Shown piece after piece: positions 50,320 to 61,540 of a DNA stretch of 64,000 nt. Origin of the DNA: Squalus acanthias (lineage: Eukaryota). The notes beneath the pieces are model-generated. The model did not search any database. It saw nothing but the letters and a program-made list of their open reading frames with translations, and was not told the DNA's origin. Within the stretch, counting starts at the first letter, position 1; every line of letters starts with the position of its first letter. The DNA lies in assembly GCA_030390025.1 (NCBI GenBank), contig CM059431.1, positions 129,706,001-129,770,000 on the forward strand, given 5' to 3'. The position numbers were made by a program, and so were the translations under genes.

Positions 50320-51071
50320 AGTAAATTGGATACAGAATCGTCAGAGCATATATAGATGGAAAAAAAAGCATGTGTACTTTACAATTGCAGACCAATAAAT
50401 TAAATCATCCTGACTATCTGCCGAGGTGTGATAAAGTTAATTAAGTCAGCCAGGAAGGTACCACATCAAAAGACATAGCAAGATACAACTGAGACAATGA
50501 GGTGAAGTCGCAGGGGTTCTAACGTGTCAAAAGCTGCCGTCTGTATGTAAAACGAAAAGCTTTAAAAAGCAGTCAAGGACATTCAGCCTCGGATCTGCGG
50601 GTAAGCGTTCTCCAAGGCAACCTTAGAAACACACGACAACGCAAAATCATCGAGCAGAAACTGATAGCCAAGTTCTGCACTCATGAAGACGGTCTCAATC
50701 GGGATCTTGGGTTTATGTCACGATACATGACGTGATCCGGACTCGAGTCGTCGTTAGCTTGTTCACAGATGTGATTCCCAGTAAAAAAGTAAAAATTTTC
50801 CCAGTAAAAAAGTAAAAATTTTTTTTTAAAGCTTTTCGTTTTACATACAGACGGCAGCTTTTGACACGTTAGAACCCCTGCGACTTCACCTCATTGTCTC
50901 AGTTGTATCTTGCTATGTCTTTTGATGTGGTACCTTCCTGGCTGACTTAATTAACTTTATCACACCTCGGCAGATAGTCAGGATGATTTAATTTATTGGT
51001 CTGCAATTGTAAAGTACACATGCTTTTTTTTCCATCTATATATGCTCTGACGATTCTGTATCCAATTTACT

Positions 51072-51109
51072 TCACCTGAGGAAGGAGCGATAGTTCCGAA
51101 AGCTTGTGA
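51072..51109 (+). ncRNA. Minimal type I hammerhead ribozyme (5' pLTR)
   Basis: TCAC-CTGAGGA-A-GGAGC(GATA)GTTCC-GAA-AGCT-T-GTGA. Preceded by TATATA (about 51037) and followed by AATAAA (51115-51120). Confidence 0.82.
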
Positions 51110-51196
51110 TTTCAAATAAAACTGTTGGACTATAACCTGGTGTTGTGCGACCTCTCAATTTTGTCCACCCCAGTCCAACACCGGCATCTCCGCATC

Positions 51197-53875
51197 ATGA
51201 CCACTATCGACACCACAAACTGCCGGCTCAAAGTGGAGAGAATCGCCAAGAAGATCGCGCATATCGACACCGACATCAAGTATCTACAGAGATGCAAGAA
51301 AGCAGACAAGATCCCGAAAGGACTACAGATCACGAACCCACTCAAGTCGACATACAACACAGACTACGCTGAGAGACTCTGCCGTCGTACCTCTCGCACA
51401 CTCCTCAACCATCTCGTACACCAGCTCTACAGCAAACGCCACAACCTCGAAACCAAGATAGAGTCCATGCTCTCAGCCTGTGCTCAGGACACAGCAGACC
51501 AGTTACGAGACACCACCAAACAGACGAGGCAACGGAACTACGCTGCCTACATGCGCATCAAGAACAGGAAGCTTGAGAAACTCGGCATCACCACCAGCAG
51601 CAACCAAGCCTCCCCCGGTACCACGGCTGCAACCACAGGGAAGTCCATCGTCAACTTGTCCGACCATACCCTTCAACCAGACGAAATCGAAGTTCTCGCC
51701 CTAGGGCTCAAGTTCTGCCCAACCACCAAAATGGACCCCATCGGTCTCGCGGCAGACACGGAGGAATTCATCAGGAGAATGAGGCTCCGGGAATACTTCC
51801 ACAAATCCCAAGATGTCAGCAACAAACCCAATGAGACAATCAATGATCCAGAACAGCAGACAGAGGGACTCGCAGTGCAGCAACCGAAGAAAAAAGAGTC
51901 AAACTGGACCCCTCCGGAGGGTCGCTGCCCCAAGCTTGACATGTATGCTCAAGCTGTCAGGAAATGCATCAACGCCAGATTCATCAGCCGCACTCACAAG
52001 ACAGTCCAGAATGTCACCCGAGCACAACGCAACGCCATCCACGCTCTCAAGACCAACCGCAACATTGTCATCAAACCAGCGGACAAAGGAGGAGCCATCG
52101 TCATACAGAACAGAACGGACTATTGTAAAGAAGCATACCGACAACTGGACAACCAGGAACACTACAGACAGCTACCCGCAGATCCGACCAAAGAACACAC
52201 CCGCCAACTCAATAGACTGATCAAGACCTTCGATCCAGACCTTCAAAACATCCTACGCGCTCTCATCCCACGTACTCCCCGCGTGGGAGACTTCTACTGC
52301 CTCCCAAAGATACACAAAGCCAACACACCCGGACGTCCTATCGTATCAGGCAATGGAACCCTGTGTGAGAACCTCTCTGGATACGTCGAGGGCATTCTGA
52401 AACCCATCGTACAGGGAACCCCCAGCTTCTGTCGCGACACTACAGACTTCTTACAGAAACTCAGCACCCACGGACCAGTTGAACCAGGAACACTCCTTGC
52501 CACGATGGACGTATCGGCACTCTACACCAGTATCCCCCACGATGACGGCATCGCTGCAACAGCCTCAGTACTCAACATCAACAACAGCCAATCTCCAGAC
52601 GCCATCCTACAACTCATCCGCTTCATCCTTGACCACAATGTCTTCACCTTCGACAACCATTTTTTTACCCAAACACACGGAACAGCCATGGGGACCAAAT
52701 TCGCACCCCAATACGCCAACATCTTCATGCACAAGTTCGAGCAAGACTTCTTCGCTGCACAGGACCTCCAGCCAACGCTGTACACCAGATACATCGACGA
52801 CATTTTCTTCCTTTGGACCCATGGCGAAGGATCACTGAAAAGACTACACGATAACATAAACAAGTTCCATCCCACCATCAAACTCACCATGGACTACTCC
52901 TCAGAATCGGTCTCATTCCTGGACACACGAATCTCCATCAAAGACGGACACCTCAGCACTTCACTCTACCGCAAGCCCACGGACAACCTCACGATGCTCC
53001 ACTTCTCCAGCTTCCACCCTAACCATGTTAAAGAAGCCATCCCCTATGGACAAGCCCTGCGAATACACAGGATCTGCTCAGACGAGGAGGAACGCGATGG
53101 ACACCTACGGACGCTGAAAAACGCCCTCGTAAGAACGGGATATGACGCTCGACTCATCGATCGACAGTTCCGACGGGCCACAGCGAAAAATCGCATAGAC
53201 CTCCTCAGAAGGCAAACACGGGACACAACCAACAGGGTACCCTACGTCGTCCAGTACTTCCCCGGAGCGGAGAAACTACGACATGTTCTTCGCAGCCTTC
53301 AACATGTCATCGATGACGACAAACACCTCGCTAAGGCCATCCCCACGCCTCCACTACTTGCCTTCAAACAGCCGCCTAACCTCAGAAGTACCATCGTTCG
53401 CAGCAAATTACCCAGCTTTCAGGATAACAGCGACCACGACACCACACAACCCTGCCATGGCAAACTCTGCAAGACATGCCAGATCATCAACACAGATACC
53501 ACCATCACACGTGAGGACACTACCCACCAGGTACATGGTACATACTCATGTGACTCGGCCAACGTTGTCTACCTCATACGTTGCAGGAAAGAATGCACCG
53601 CGGCATGGTACATCGGCGAGACCATGCAGACACTGAGACAACGTATGAACGAGCACCGCGCAACAATCGCCAGGCAGGATTGTTACCTCCCAGTCGGGGA
53701 ACACTTCAGCAGTCAAGGACATTCAGCCTCGGATCTGCGGGTAAGCGTTCTCCAAGGCAACCTTAGAAACACACGACAACGCAAAATCATCGAGCAGAAA
53801 CTGATAGCCAAGTTCTGCACTCATGAAGACGGTCTCAATCGGGATCTTGGGTTTATGTCACGATACATGACGTGA
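51197..53875 (+). CDS. Penelope-like reverse transcriptase plus GIY-YIG endonuclease (892 aa from the first ATG)
   Basis: Uninterrupted ORF. RT motifs IKPADKGG, FYCLPKIHK, GRPIVS, MDVSALYTSIP, GTAMG and RYIDD. Cys linker PCHGKLCKTC. Endonuclease motifs VVYLIRC...WYIGET...RMNEH...E...GLN. Confidence 0.96.
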   Translation: MTTIDTTNCRLKVERIAKKIAHIDTDIKYLQRCKKADKIPKGLQITNPLKSTYNTDYAERLCRRTSRTLLNHLVHQLYSKRHNLETKIESMLSACAQDTADQLRDTTKQTRQRNYAAYMRIKNRKLEKLGITTSSNQASPGTTAATTGKSIVNLSDHTLQPDEIEVLALGLKFCPTTKMDPIGLAADTEEFIRRMRLREYFHKSQDVSNKPNETINDPEQQTEGLAVQQPKKKESNWTPPEGRCPKLDMYAQAVRKCINARFISRTHKTVQNVTRAQRNAIHALKTNRNIVIKPADKGGAIVIQNRTDYCKEAYRQLDNQEHYRQLPADPTKEHTRQLNRLIKTFDPDLQNILRALIPRTPRVGDFYCLPKIHKANTPGRPIVSGNGTLCENLSGYVEGILKPIVQGTPSFCRDTTDFLQKLSTHGPVEPGTLLATMDVSALYTSIPHDDGIAATASVLNINNSQSPDAILQLIRFILDHNVFTFDNHFFTQTHGTAMGTKFAPQYANIFMHKFEQDFFAAQDLQPTLYTRYIDDIFFLWTHGEGSLKRLHDNINKFHPTIKLTMDYSSESVSFLDTRISIKDGHLSTSLYRKPTDNLTMLHFSSFHPNHVKEAIPYGQALRIHRICSDEEERDGHLRTLKNALVRTGYDARLIDRQFRRATAKNRIDLLRRQTRDTTNRVPYVVQYFPGAEKLRHVLRSLQHVIDDDKHLAKAIPTPPLLAFKQPPNLRSTIVRSKLPSFQDNSDHDTTQPCHGKLCKTCQIINTDTTITREDTTHQVHGTYSCDSANVVYLIRCRKECTAAWYIGETMQTLRQRMNEHRATIARQDCYLPVGEHFSSQGHSASDLRVSVLQGNLRNTRQRKIIEQKLIAKFCTHEDGLNRDLGFMSRYMT

Positions 53876-54211
53876 TCCGGACTCGAGTCGTCGTTAGCTT
53901 GTTCACAGATGTGATTCCCAGTAAAAAAGTAAAAATTTTCCCAGTAAAAAAGTAAAATTTTTTTTTTAAAGCTTTTCGTTTTACATACAGACGGCAGCTT
54001 TTGACACGTTAGAACCCCTGCGACTTCACCTCATTGTCTCAGTTGTATCTTGCTATGTCTTTTGATGTGGTACCTTCCTGGCTGACTTAATTAACTTTAT
54101 CACACCTCGGCAGATAGTCAGGATGATTTAATTTATTGGTCTGCAATTGTAAAGTACACATGCTTTTTTTTCCATCTATATATGCTCTGACGATTCTGTA
54201 TCCAATTTACT

Positions 54212-54249
54212 TCACCTGAGGAAGGAGCGATAGTTCCGAAAGCTTGTGA
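54212..54249 (+). ncRNA. Minimal type I hammerhead ribozyme (3' pLTR)
   Basis: Identical to 51072-51109, offset by 3140 bp. Confidence 0.82.
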
Positions 54250-57023
54250 TTTCAAATAAAACTGTTGGACTATAACCTGGTGTTGTGCGACCTCTCAATT
54301 TTGACCTCCCCTGTGGCCAGAGATGTTCTGAAAATTTGTGTCAGAGCCTCTGTAATCTCCTCCCTTGCCTCACACAGCAGCCTGGGATACATCTCGTCTG
54401 GGCCTGGGGATTTATCCACTTTTAAGCCCGCTAAAACCGCTAGTACCTCCTCCCTCTCAATACTAATTTGTTCAAGTATATCACAATCCCCCTGTCTGAT
54501 TTCTATGCCTACATCGTCCTTCTCCATCGTGAACACAGATGCAAAATATTCATTTAAAACCCCATCTACATCTTCTGGCTCTACACACAGATTGCCACTT
54601 TGGTCCCTAATGGGTCCTACTCTTTCCCTGGTTACCCTCTTGCCCTTAATATACTTATAAAACACCTTGGGATTTTCCTTTATTTTGCCCGCCAGTGTTA
54701 TTTCATGCCCCCTCTTCGCTCTCCTAATTTCTTTTTTAAGTACCCCCCTGCACTTTCTATACTCCTCTAGGGCTTCCACTGTTTTTAGTCCTTTGTATCT
54801 GCCAAAAGCCTCCCTTTTTTTCCTAATCCATTCTCATATATCCCTTGACATCCAGGGTTCCCTGGGCTTGTTGGTCCCACCCTTCACCTTTACGGGAACA
54901 TGTTGCCGTTGTACTATCTCTATTTCCTTTCTGAAAGACTCCCACTGCTCTGATGTGGATTTTCCTACAAGTAGCTGATCCCAGTCCACTTTGGCCAGAT
55001 CCTGCCTTATCATATTAAAATCGGCCTTCCCCCAATTTAGAACCTTTATTTCCGGTCCATCTTTGTCCTTTTCCATGACTACCTTAAATCTCACCGAATT
55101 ATGGTCACTGTCACCAAAATGCTCCCCTACTAACACTTCTACCACTTGCCCGGCTACATTCCCTAGAATTAGGTCCAGTACCACCCCCTCTCTTGTAGGA
55201 CTTTCTACATGCTGGCTCAAAAAGCTCTCCTGGATGCACTTTAAGAATTCCGCACCCTCTAAGCCTTTCACACTCTGACTATCCCAGTTAATATTGGGGA
55301 AGTTGAAATCCCCTACTATTATTACCCTATTATTTCTACACTTCTGAGATTTGCCTACATATCTGTTCCTCTATCTCCCCCTGACTGTTTGGGGGCCTAT
55401 AGTACACTCCCAGCAAAGTGCTTGCCCTCTTTTTGTTTTGAAGTTCTACACATATGGCCTCATTAGAGGAACCTGCTAAGATATCATCCCTCCTTACAGC
55501 AGCAATTGACTCCTTGATTAATATTGCGACACCCCCTCCTCTTTTACACCCACCTCTGTCTCGCCTGAAGATTCTATACCCCGGAATATTGAGCTGCCAG
55601 TCCTGCCCCTCCCTCAACCATGTCTCTGTGACAGCAACAATATCATACTCCCATGTGTTCATCAACACCTTCAATTCATCTGCCTTACTCGCAAGACTCT
55701 TTGCATTAAAATAAATGTCATCCAGCCTTGCCATACTCCCTTGTGCCGTTACATATTTGCTCTGCCTTCCAGGCTGACTTGTTTATTCCTCTATATTTGG
55801 CTGTGCATCACCCCCTACTATAGCTCCACTCCGTATCCCATCCCCCTGCCAAGTTAGTTTAAACCCCCCCCAACAGTACTAGCAAACCTCCCCGCAAGGA
55901 TGTTGGTCCCATTCCGGTTCAGGTGCAACCCATCCGACTTGTACAGGTCCCACCTTCCCCAGAAGCAGACCCAGTGATCCAGGAAACTAAAGCCCTCCCT
56001 CCTGCACCAACTCTTTAGCCACGCATTCATCTGCTCTATCCTCCTATTCCTATACTCACTAGCACGTGGCACCGGGAGTAATCCAGAGATTACAACCTTT
56101 GAGGTCTTGCTTTTTAATCTGCTACCTAGCTCCCTAAATTCTTGTTCAGGACCTCATCCCTCTTTCTACCCATGTCGTTGGTACCAATGTGAACCACGAC
56201 CTCTGACTGTTCGCCCTCCCCCTTCAGAATGCCCTGCAGCCATTCGGTGACATCCTTGACCCTGGCATCGGGGAGGCAACATACCATCCTGGCGTCACGT
56301 CTGCGGCCACAGAAACGTCTATCTGTTCCCCTTACGATAGAATCCCCTATCACTATTGCTCTCCCATTCTTTTCCTCCCCTCCTGTGCAGCTGAGCCACT
56401 CGTAGTGCCATGGACTTGGCTTTTGCTGCATTCCCCTGAGAAACCATCTCCCCCATCAGTATCCAAAACGGAAAATCTGTCGGAGAGGGAGATGGACCCA
56501 GGGGACTCCTGCACTACCTTCCTAGTTCTTTTACTCTGTCTGGTGGTCACCCATTCCCTGTCTGCCTGTGCACTCTTTACCTGCGGTGTGACCACCTTGT
56601 TAAATGTGCTATCCACGAAGATCTCAGCTTCGCGGATTCTCCACAGTGACTCCAGCCGCAGCTCCAGCTCCGAAACGCGGATTTCGAGTAGCTGCAGCTG
56701 GAGACACTTCCTGCACATGTGTTCGCCCTGGACATCTAAAGTGTCCCTGACTTCCAACATAGCACAGGAGGAGCACTCCATGCTGCCGAGCTGCCCTGCC
56801 ATGTCCTACCCTGAATTTACTCCTTTTAAATTAAAGAATATTAAATACACTAGGGACCTTACTTCCCTTTAAACACTACTTCCTCTAAACTGGAGACCTT
56901 ACTTTTACTTTAATGACTGGAATGTAGAAAGACTGTAGAAATACTCACCGCTGGTTCTCTGTCCCCTCTTGTGCAGCTTTTTAGCTCCTGCTCTCCTGGA
57001 AGCTGACAAAGATGGAAAAAGGA

Positions 57024-57147
57024 ACTCACTCACTCACTCACTCACTCACTCACTCACTCACTCACTCACTCACTCACTCACTCACTCACTCACTCACTCA
57101 CTCACTCACTCACTCACTCACTCACTCACTCACTCACTCACTCACTC
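57024..57147 (+). repeat. (ACTC)31 microsatellite in the CR1 5' UTR
   Basis: Perfect tetranucleotide run. Confidence 0.97.
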
Positions 57148-59011
57148 ACCAAACTCGCAGTTTAACACTCTGTTCCGATCTGCACTCTAGCCTCCCTTAT
57201 TTATACTGCTGAGATTTAAATAAGTGAGCTCTCTGGCAGTTACAGAACCAGATTAGACCACTTAATTAATTAATTACTCTCACCTGCTCTCCAGCACAGT
57301 GCTTGATTAGCCCTGCCCAAGCCTGGAAGAAACTTAAAACTTGAAACAGTAAATTTAAATGCTAATTGCAAGCACACAAGACTAGAATTTATAAAAATAA
57401 GAGATTAACGTTTAAGATTTACTCCCTCACTCACCAAACTCACAGTTTAACACTCTGATCCGATCTGCACTCCGTCATCATGTGCATAATGGTAACGTTA
57501 CCCAGTCTTATTATAACACTTCTAATTCATCTCTTTGCTCTCCCACAGGTCCAACAACTGCCCCCTCCCCCACTGTCCAGCCAGAGGAGGAAGACAACTC
57601 CTCTGAGGACCCTCCAGCCTCTGAGGGTGCAGCATCAGCATCCCCAAGCACAGCCAGCACCAGCGCAGATATGCATACCTCGGTAGGTCCTTTGCACCAT
57701 TGAGTAGAATTGTCACCTGGTGTCTCAGAATTAACAAGTGAGCAACAGCAGGTGGTGTTGACAGGGGCAGCAGTGGAGACTCCTCGCAGGATGCTCCAAG
57801 CTCTGCTGAGCTGCATGCAGACGCTAAGCCTCGGGGGCCATTGAGAAAGAGGGTGATCTTGGAGGGGCAGCAACAAATGCATGAGGCTCTGGCACCTTTT
57901 GCAGCCGCGATGTCTGCAAATGTGCAGAGAATGGAGGAGTCCATCTCCAACATGAGCACCACCATGTCGCAGGTAATGGCGATGATGTGCTCTTCCATGG
58001 AAAGATGGCGACCTGCATGGAGCAGCAAATGCGCCACTCACATTAGCACATGCTTGCTGTGGACAACAGATGGCAGGCACTCATAGACCTCCTCTCAAGG
58101 AGGGATGTGAACGCAGACTTGGCTCTTCATTGTCCTACTGCTGTGCAGCATAGTGCTCGCCAGCTCCTTGCTAGCAGGGAAGTGCGGGTGGCCCATGAGA
58201 GGGATGATGGTGAGAGGGGACATGGGGCTCTTCTCAAAGTGCTGCCACTTCTCCCCTGTTGCCTCCCGCTCAGTCAGAGCCCCACATGCCTCCTCGGATC
58301 CCGATGGCCGAGTCTGCCCCTGCACAGTCGCAGGAGGGACAGACTTTTGCAGGGCCACCACAGGCTCCAAAACCCAGCCAAAAGTGTCTGACGAGTCGCA
58401 GCAGGGAAATTAGCAGCCTGCAACTTCCTCTGCTGAAGCCACAGGGATTGCACCTCGTAGAAGCAATTGGAAAAGAAAAATGACACAAAAGTAGATGCAC
58501 AAGGGTATGCACATGGGTGTATCAAAAAATGCTAGTGGTAAGTTTCAGTTATTTTGATGACACACATAAATGTTTTTGTTTGCACCACTTTCTGGTCTTG
58601 TCCATTTTTGCCTCAAACCTTGGAAGTGGCTTTGTCACTTGGAGTGAATGGTGAGACATTACTTAACCTTGAGCACTGGGGCTTTGGTTGAGAGCAATGG
58701 CTTGGTCATTGTAAGGATGCTTTATGGTGTTGTTAATGGGGGGGATCTTAGTACAGCATGTGGCACCGATGTGGCTGCATTGGAGCACGTTAAGTAAATC
58801 TGGCCATGATGAGGCCATCCCGGGCCTCCTGGGCAGCAGTATGCGCTGCTGCTGGTGCCATCTGCACCTCAGGTTCCTCCTCCACCTCATCTTCCTCCTC
58901 CTCCACCCCCTCTAAAGAGGCTGTGTGCTGTGTGCCATGCTCCTCCTGCAGCTCTAATCCTCGCTGCTGCGCGGTGTTGTGCAGCGCGCAGCAGACGATG
59001 ATTCTGGAGAA

Positions 59012-59667
59012 ATAACAACAGAAAATGCTGGAAACACTCAGCAGTTCAGGCAGCATCCGTGGAGAGAGAAACAGAGTTAACGTTTCAGGTCTGTGACCCT
59101 TTGTCTCTGGAAAAAGTTAGAGATATAACAGATTTTAAGCAGGTGCAGAGGCAGAAAGGGAGGAGGGGAGGAAAGAACAAAAGGAACGGTCTGTGATTGG
59201 GTGGAAGGCAGGAGTGGTTAAATGTTGCAAATGGGGATGGCAAAATCATCAACTACTGCCACCTGAAAAAATAGGGGCAGAAGTTGTGGTCTGAAATTGT
59301 TGAACTCAATGTTGAGTCCAGACGGCTGTAAAGTGCCTATTCGAAAGATGAGGTGCTGTTCCTCGAGCTTACGTTGAGCTTCATTGGAACAGTGTAAGAG
59401 GCTGAGGACAGAGAGGTCAGAGTGGGAGTGGAGCGGAGAATTAAAGTGACAAGCGACCGGAAGCTCGGGGTCACCCTTACGTACTGAACGGAGGTGTTCC
59501 GCAAAGCGGTCACCCAATCTGCGTTTGGGTCTCCCCAATGTAGAGGAGACCGCATCGTGAGCAGCGAATACAGTATACTAAATTGCAAAATATACAAGTA
59601 AATCACTGTTTCACCTGGAAGGAGTGTTGAGGAAAAAGGAAGACATATCGGAAGCACGAGTATGGAA
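59012..59667 (-). mobile_element. 3' fragment of a second Penelope-like family (GIY-YIG C-terminus plus pLTR)
   Basis: RRLGDRFAEHLRS...PVACHFNS...RKLEEQHLIFRIGTLQPSGLN. 15-bp TSD GATGATTCTGGAGAA (58997-59011 / 59668-59682). Confidence 0.88.
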
Positions 59668-59774
59668 GATGATTCTGGAGAACCTGGCTGGTGCATACTG
59701 AAGGGCTCCTCCAGTTCTATCCAGGCATCTGAAGCGCACCTTCAACATACCTGTTGCTTGCTCTATGACACATA

Positions 59775-61380
59775 GGGGGAAAAGATCAGTTGATTGGTGA
59801 GACCGCACCTGGAATACTGCATACAGTTTTGGTGTCCTTACTTAAGGAAAGACATCCTTGCTCTCGAGGCAGTGCAAAAAAGGTTCACTCGGTTAATCCC
59901 GGGGATGAAGGGGTGGTCATATGAGGAGAGGTTGGGTAGATTGGGACTCTACTCATTGGAGTTCAGAAGAATGAGAGGCGATCTTATTGAAACATATAAG
60001 ATTGTGAAGGGGTTGGATCGGGTGGATGCGGGGAGGATGTTCCCGATGACGGGTGAGACGAGAACTAGGGGACATAGTCTTAGAATAAGGGGCTGCTCTT
60101 TCAAAACTGAGATGAGGAGGAACTACTTCACTCAGAGGGTGGTAGGTCCATGGAATATGCTGCCACAAAAAGCTGTAGAAGCTACAACATTAATTAAATT
60201 TAAAACAGAAATAGACAGTTTCCTAGAAGTAAAGGGCATTAAGGGTTACGGGGAGCGGGCAGGAATTTGGACATGAGTCTAGGTTCGGATCGGTCATGGC
60301 CCTGTGGGTAGTGGAGCGGGCCCAGGGACTGTGTAGCCTGATTCTGCTCCTATTTCGTGTGTGCAATTCTGTTAGATGCAGGAGATGGTTCTGTGATAGA
60401 TAGTAGATTGGCGGTTAGGATCAGATCAGCCATGATCTTATTGAATGGCGGAGCAGGCTCGAGGGGCCGATTGGCCTACTCCTGCTCCTATTTCTTATGT
60501 TCTTATGTTCTTATATTAGCGCCTCCCGTTAGCGCCCTAAGAGGGCGCTAACGGGGAGCAAAGCAACTAGCGCCCGGGCGCAGCAATGTTTGCGCCGCTG
60601 GCGAAATTGACCAGACATTTTGCGGCGGCGCTAAACACTACCGCCACAATCTCCTGCGCCCGCAGATCATGACGTCAGTCGAGCGTGGAACGCCCCGGTA
60701 GCGCCCCAGACCGGATATTCAGTGGTGCCCCCTGCCTTTCCGCCTGCCGCTAGCAACGACAGGTAGAGTGGAACGTTTTGCAGTCAGGAAGGGACTGGGG
60801 GAGCACTATTTAAAGGCGGCCGCTTCCTGCCTTTTTTTGTCGGCGACATTTTTGCACCACGCATTCTGAGAGAGAGAGAGACTTCTGGAGAGATTAAACG
60901 CTGTGTAAAGGAGTTTTGCATACTGAGCAGCACTTTGCAGGTTCATTTTGATTTGACCTTGCATCAATTTAGAATAGACTATGGGGGCTGCACTCTGAGC
61001 TCTTTCCCTGGGCCTCTCCATTGTTCTTTCCAGCAGAATTGATGTACAGGTATCTTCAGGCCGAGATTCAAGGCTGCAATGAGCAGGGTGTGGCTGGAGA
61101 GCAAGATCGGCCGTCCCCTTTAAGAACTGGCCGGCGCCAGTGTGTCTGTGTTGCATTGCTAACTGACATCACATGAGCTTCGCCAGCGCTCTGAGGTAGC
61201 GTCTTGCTCCTCGGCGTTAGCGCCTTAAGAGAGGTGTGTAGCATCTGATTTAGCGCTCCAATCACCTCCGGGGCGATAGAAGCTAAGTTTGCAGTCGGAG
61301 GTGATAATTAGCGCAGGCGTTAAACTTTGCGCCAGTTCGATATTTGCGCCCCAAATGGGGCGATACCGAATTTCTCCCCC
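59775..61380. mobile_element. Harbinger MITE copy 1, with a CR1 3' fragment (about 59795-60513, plus strand) inserted next to its left TIR
   Basis: Termini GGGGGAAAAGATCAGT and GAATTTCTCCCCC, TSD ATA/ATA. Body 60517-61380 aligns with 61560-62433. Confidence 0.85.
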
Positions 61381-61540
61381 ATAGAGACATAACGGCACAG
61401 AAGGAGGCCATTCAACCCATCGAGTCCGCGCCAGCTCTCTGTAGAGCAATCCAGTCAGTCCCATTCCCCCGCTCTATCTCCGTAGCCCTGCAAGTTTATT
61501 TCCCTCAAGTGCCTATCCAGTCTCCCCTTGAAAACATTGA

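Larger units (their letters stand above)
50196..54303 (+). mobile_element. Intact Penelope-like retroelement (probably Neptune-type) with inverted and direct pseudo-LTRs
   Basis: 12-bp TSD ACCTCCCCTGTG (50184-50195 / 54304-54315). 596-bp direct repeats 50568-51163 and 53708-54303. Inverted arm 50196-50568 is the reverse complement of 50823-51195. Confidence 0.96.
48716..57472 (-). mobile_element. Full-length CR1 LINE (5' UTR, ORF1 zinc finger plus SGNH esterase, ORF2 APE/RT) with a few frameshifts, split by a Penelope-like element
   Basis: ORF1 at 56802-55854 (CSSC...CRKC, IGDSIVRG, HIGTND, DGLHLN). ORF2 at 55734-54304 and 50195-48803 (NAKS, VTETWL, GVYYRPP, SDHN, QGSVLGP, FADD). Confidence 0.95.
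47720..59765. mobile_element. Second decayed Harbinger transposon, interrupted by a full-length CR1 and a Penelope-like fragment
   Basis: Plus-strand Myb/SANT-like gene: exon 1 at 47897-48136 (APHFTD.SL..LV...R.EVLFP...W.EIAE...RTW.QCR, donor GTGAGT), exon 2 from 48486 (NNRERERTGGGP, with an in-frame stop) and exon 3 from 57550. Minus-strand transposase C-terminus at 58790-59011 and 59668-59765 (IEQATGMLKVRFRCLD, IVCCALHN). Confidence 0.82.

Noticed and set aside
50568..54303. LTR retrotransposon interpretation of the 596-bp direct repeats
   Set aside because: No gag, protease, RNase H or integrase. The repeat includes the ORF 3' end and the protein is RT plus GIY-YIG, so these are Penelope pseudo-LTRs.
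56969..57212. ORFs with THSL repeats
   Set aside because: Translation of the (ACTC)n microsatellite.
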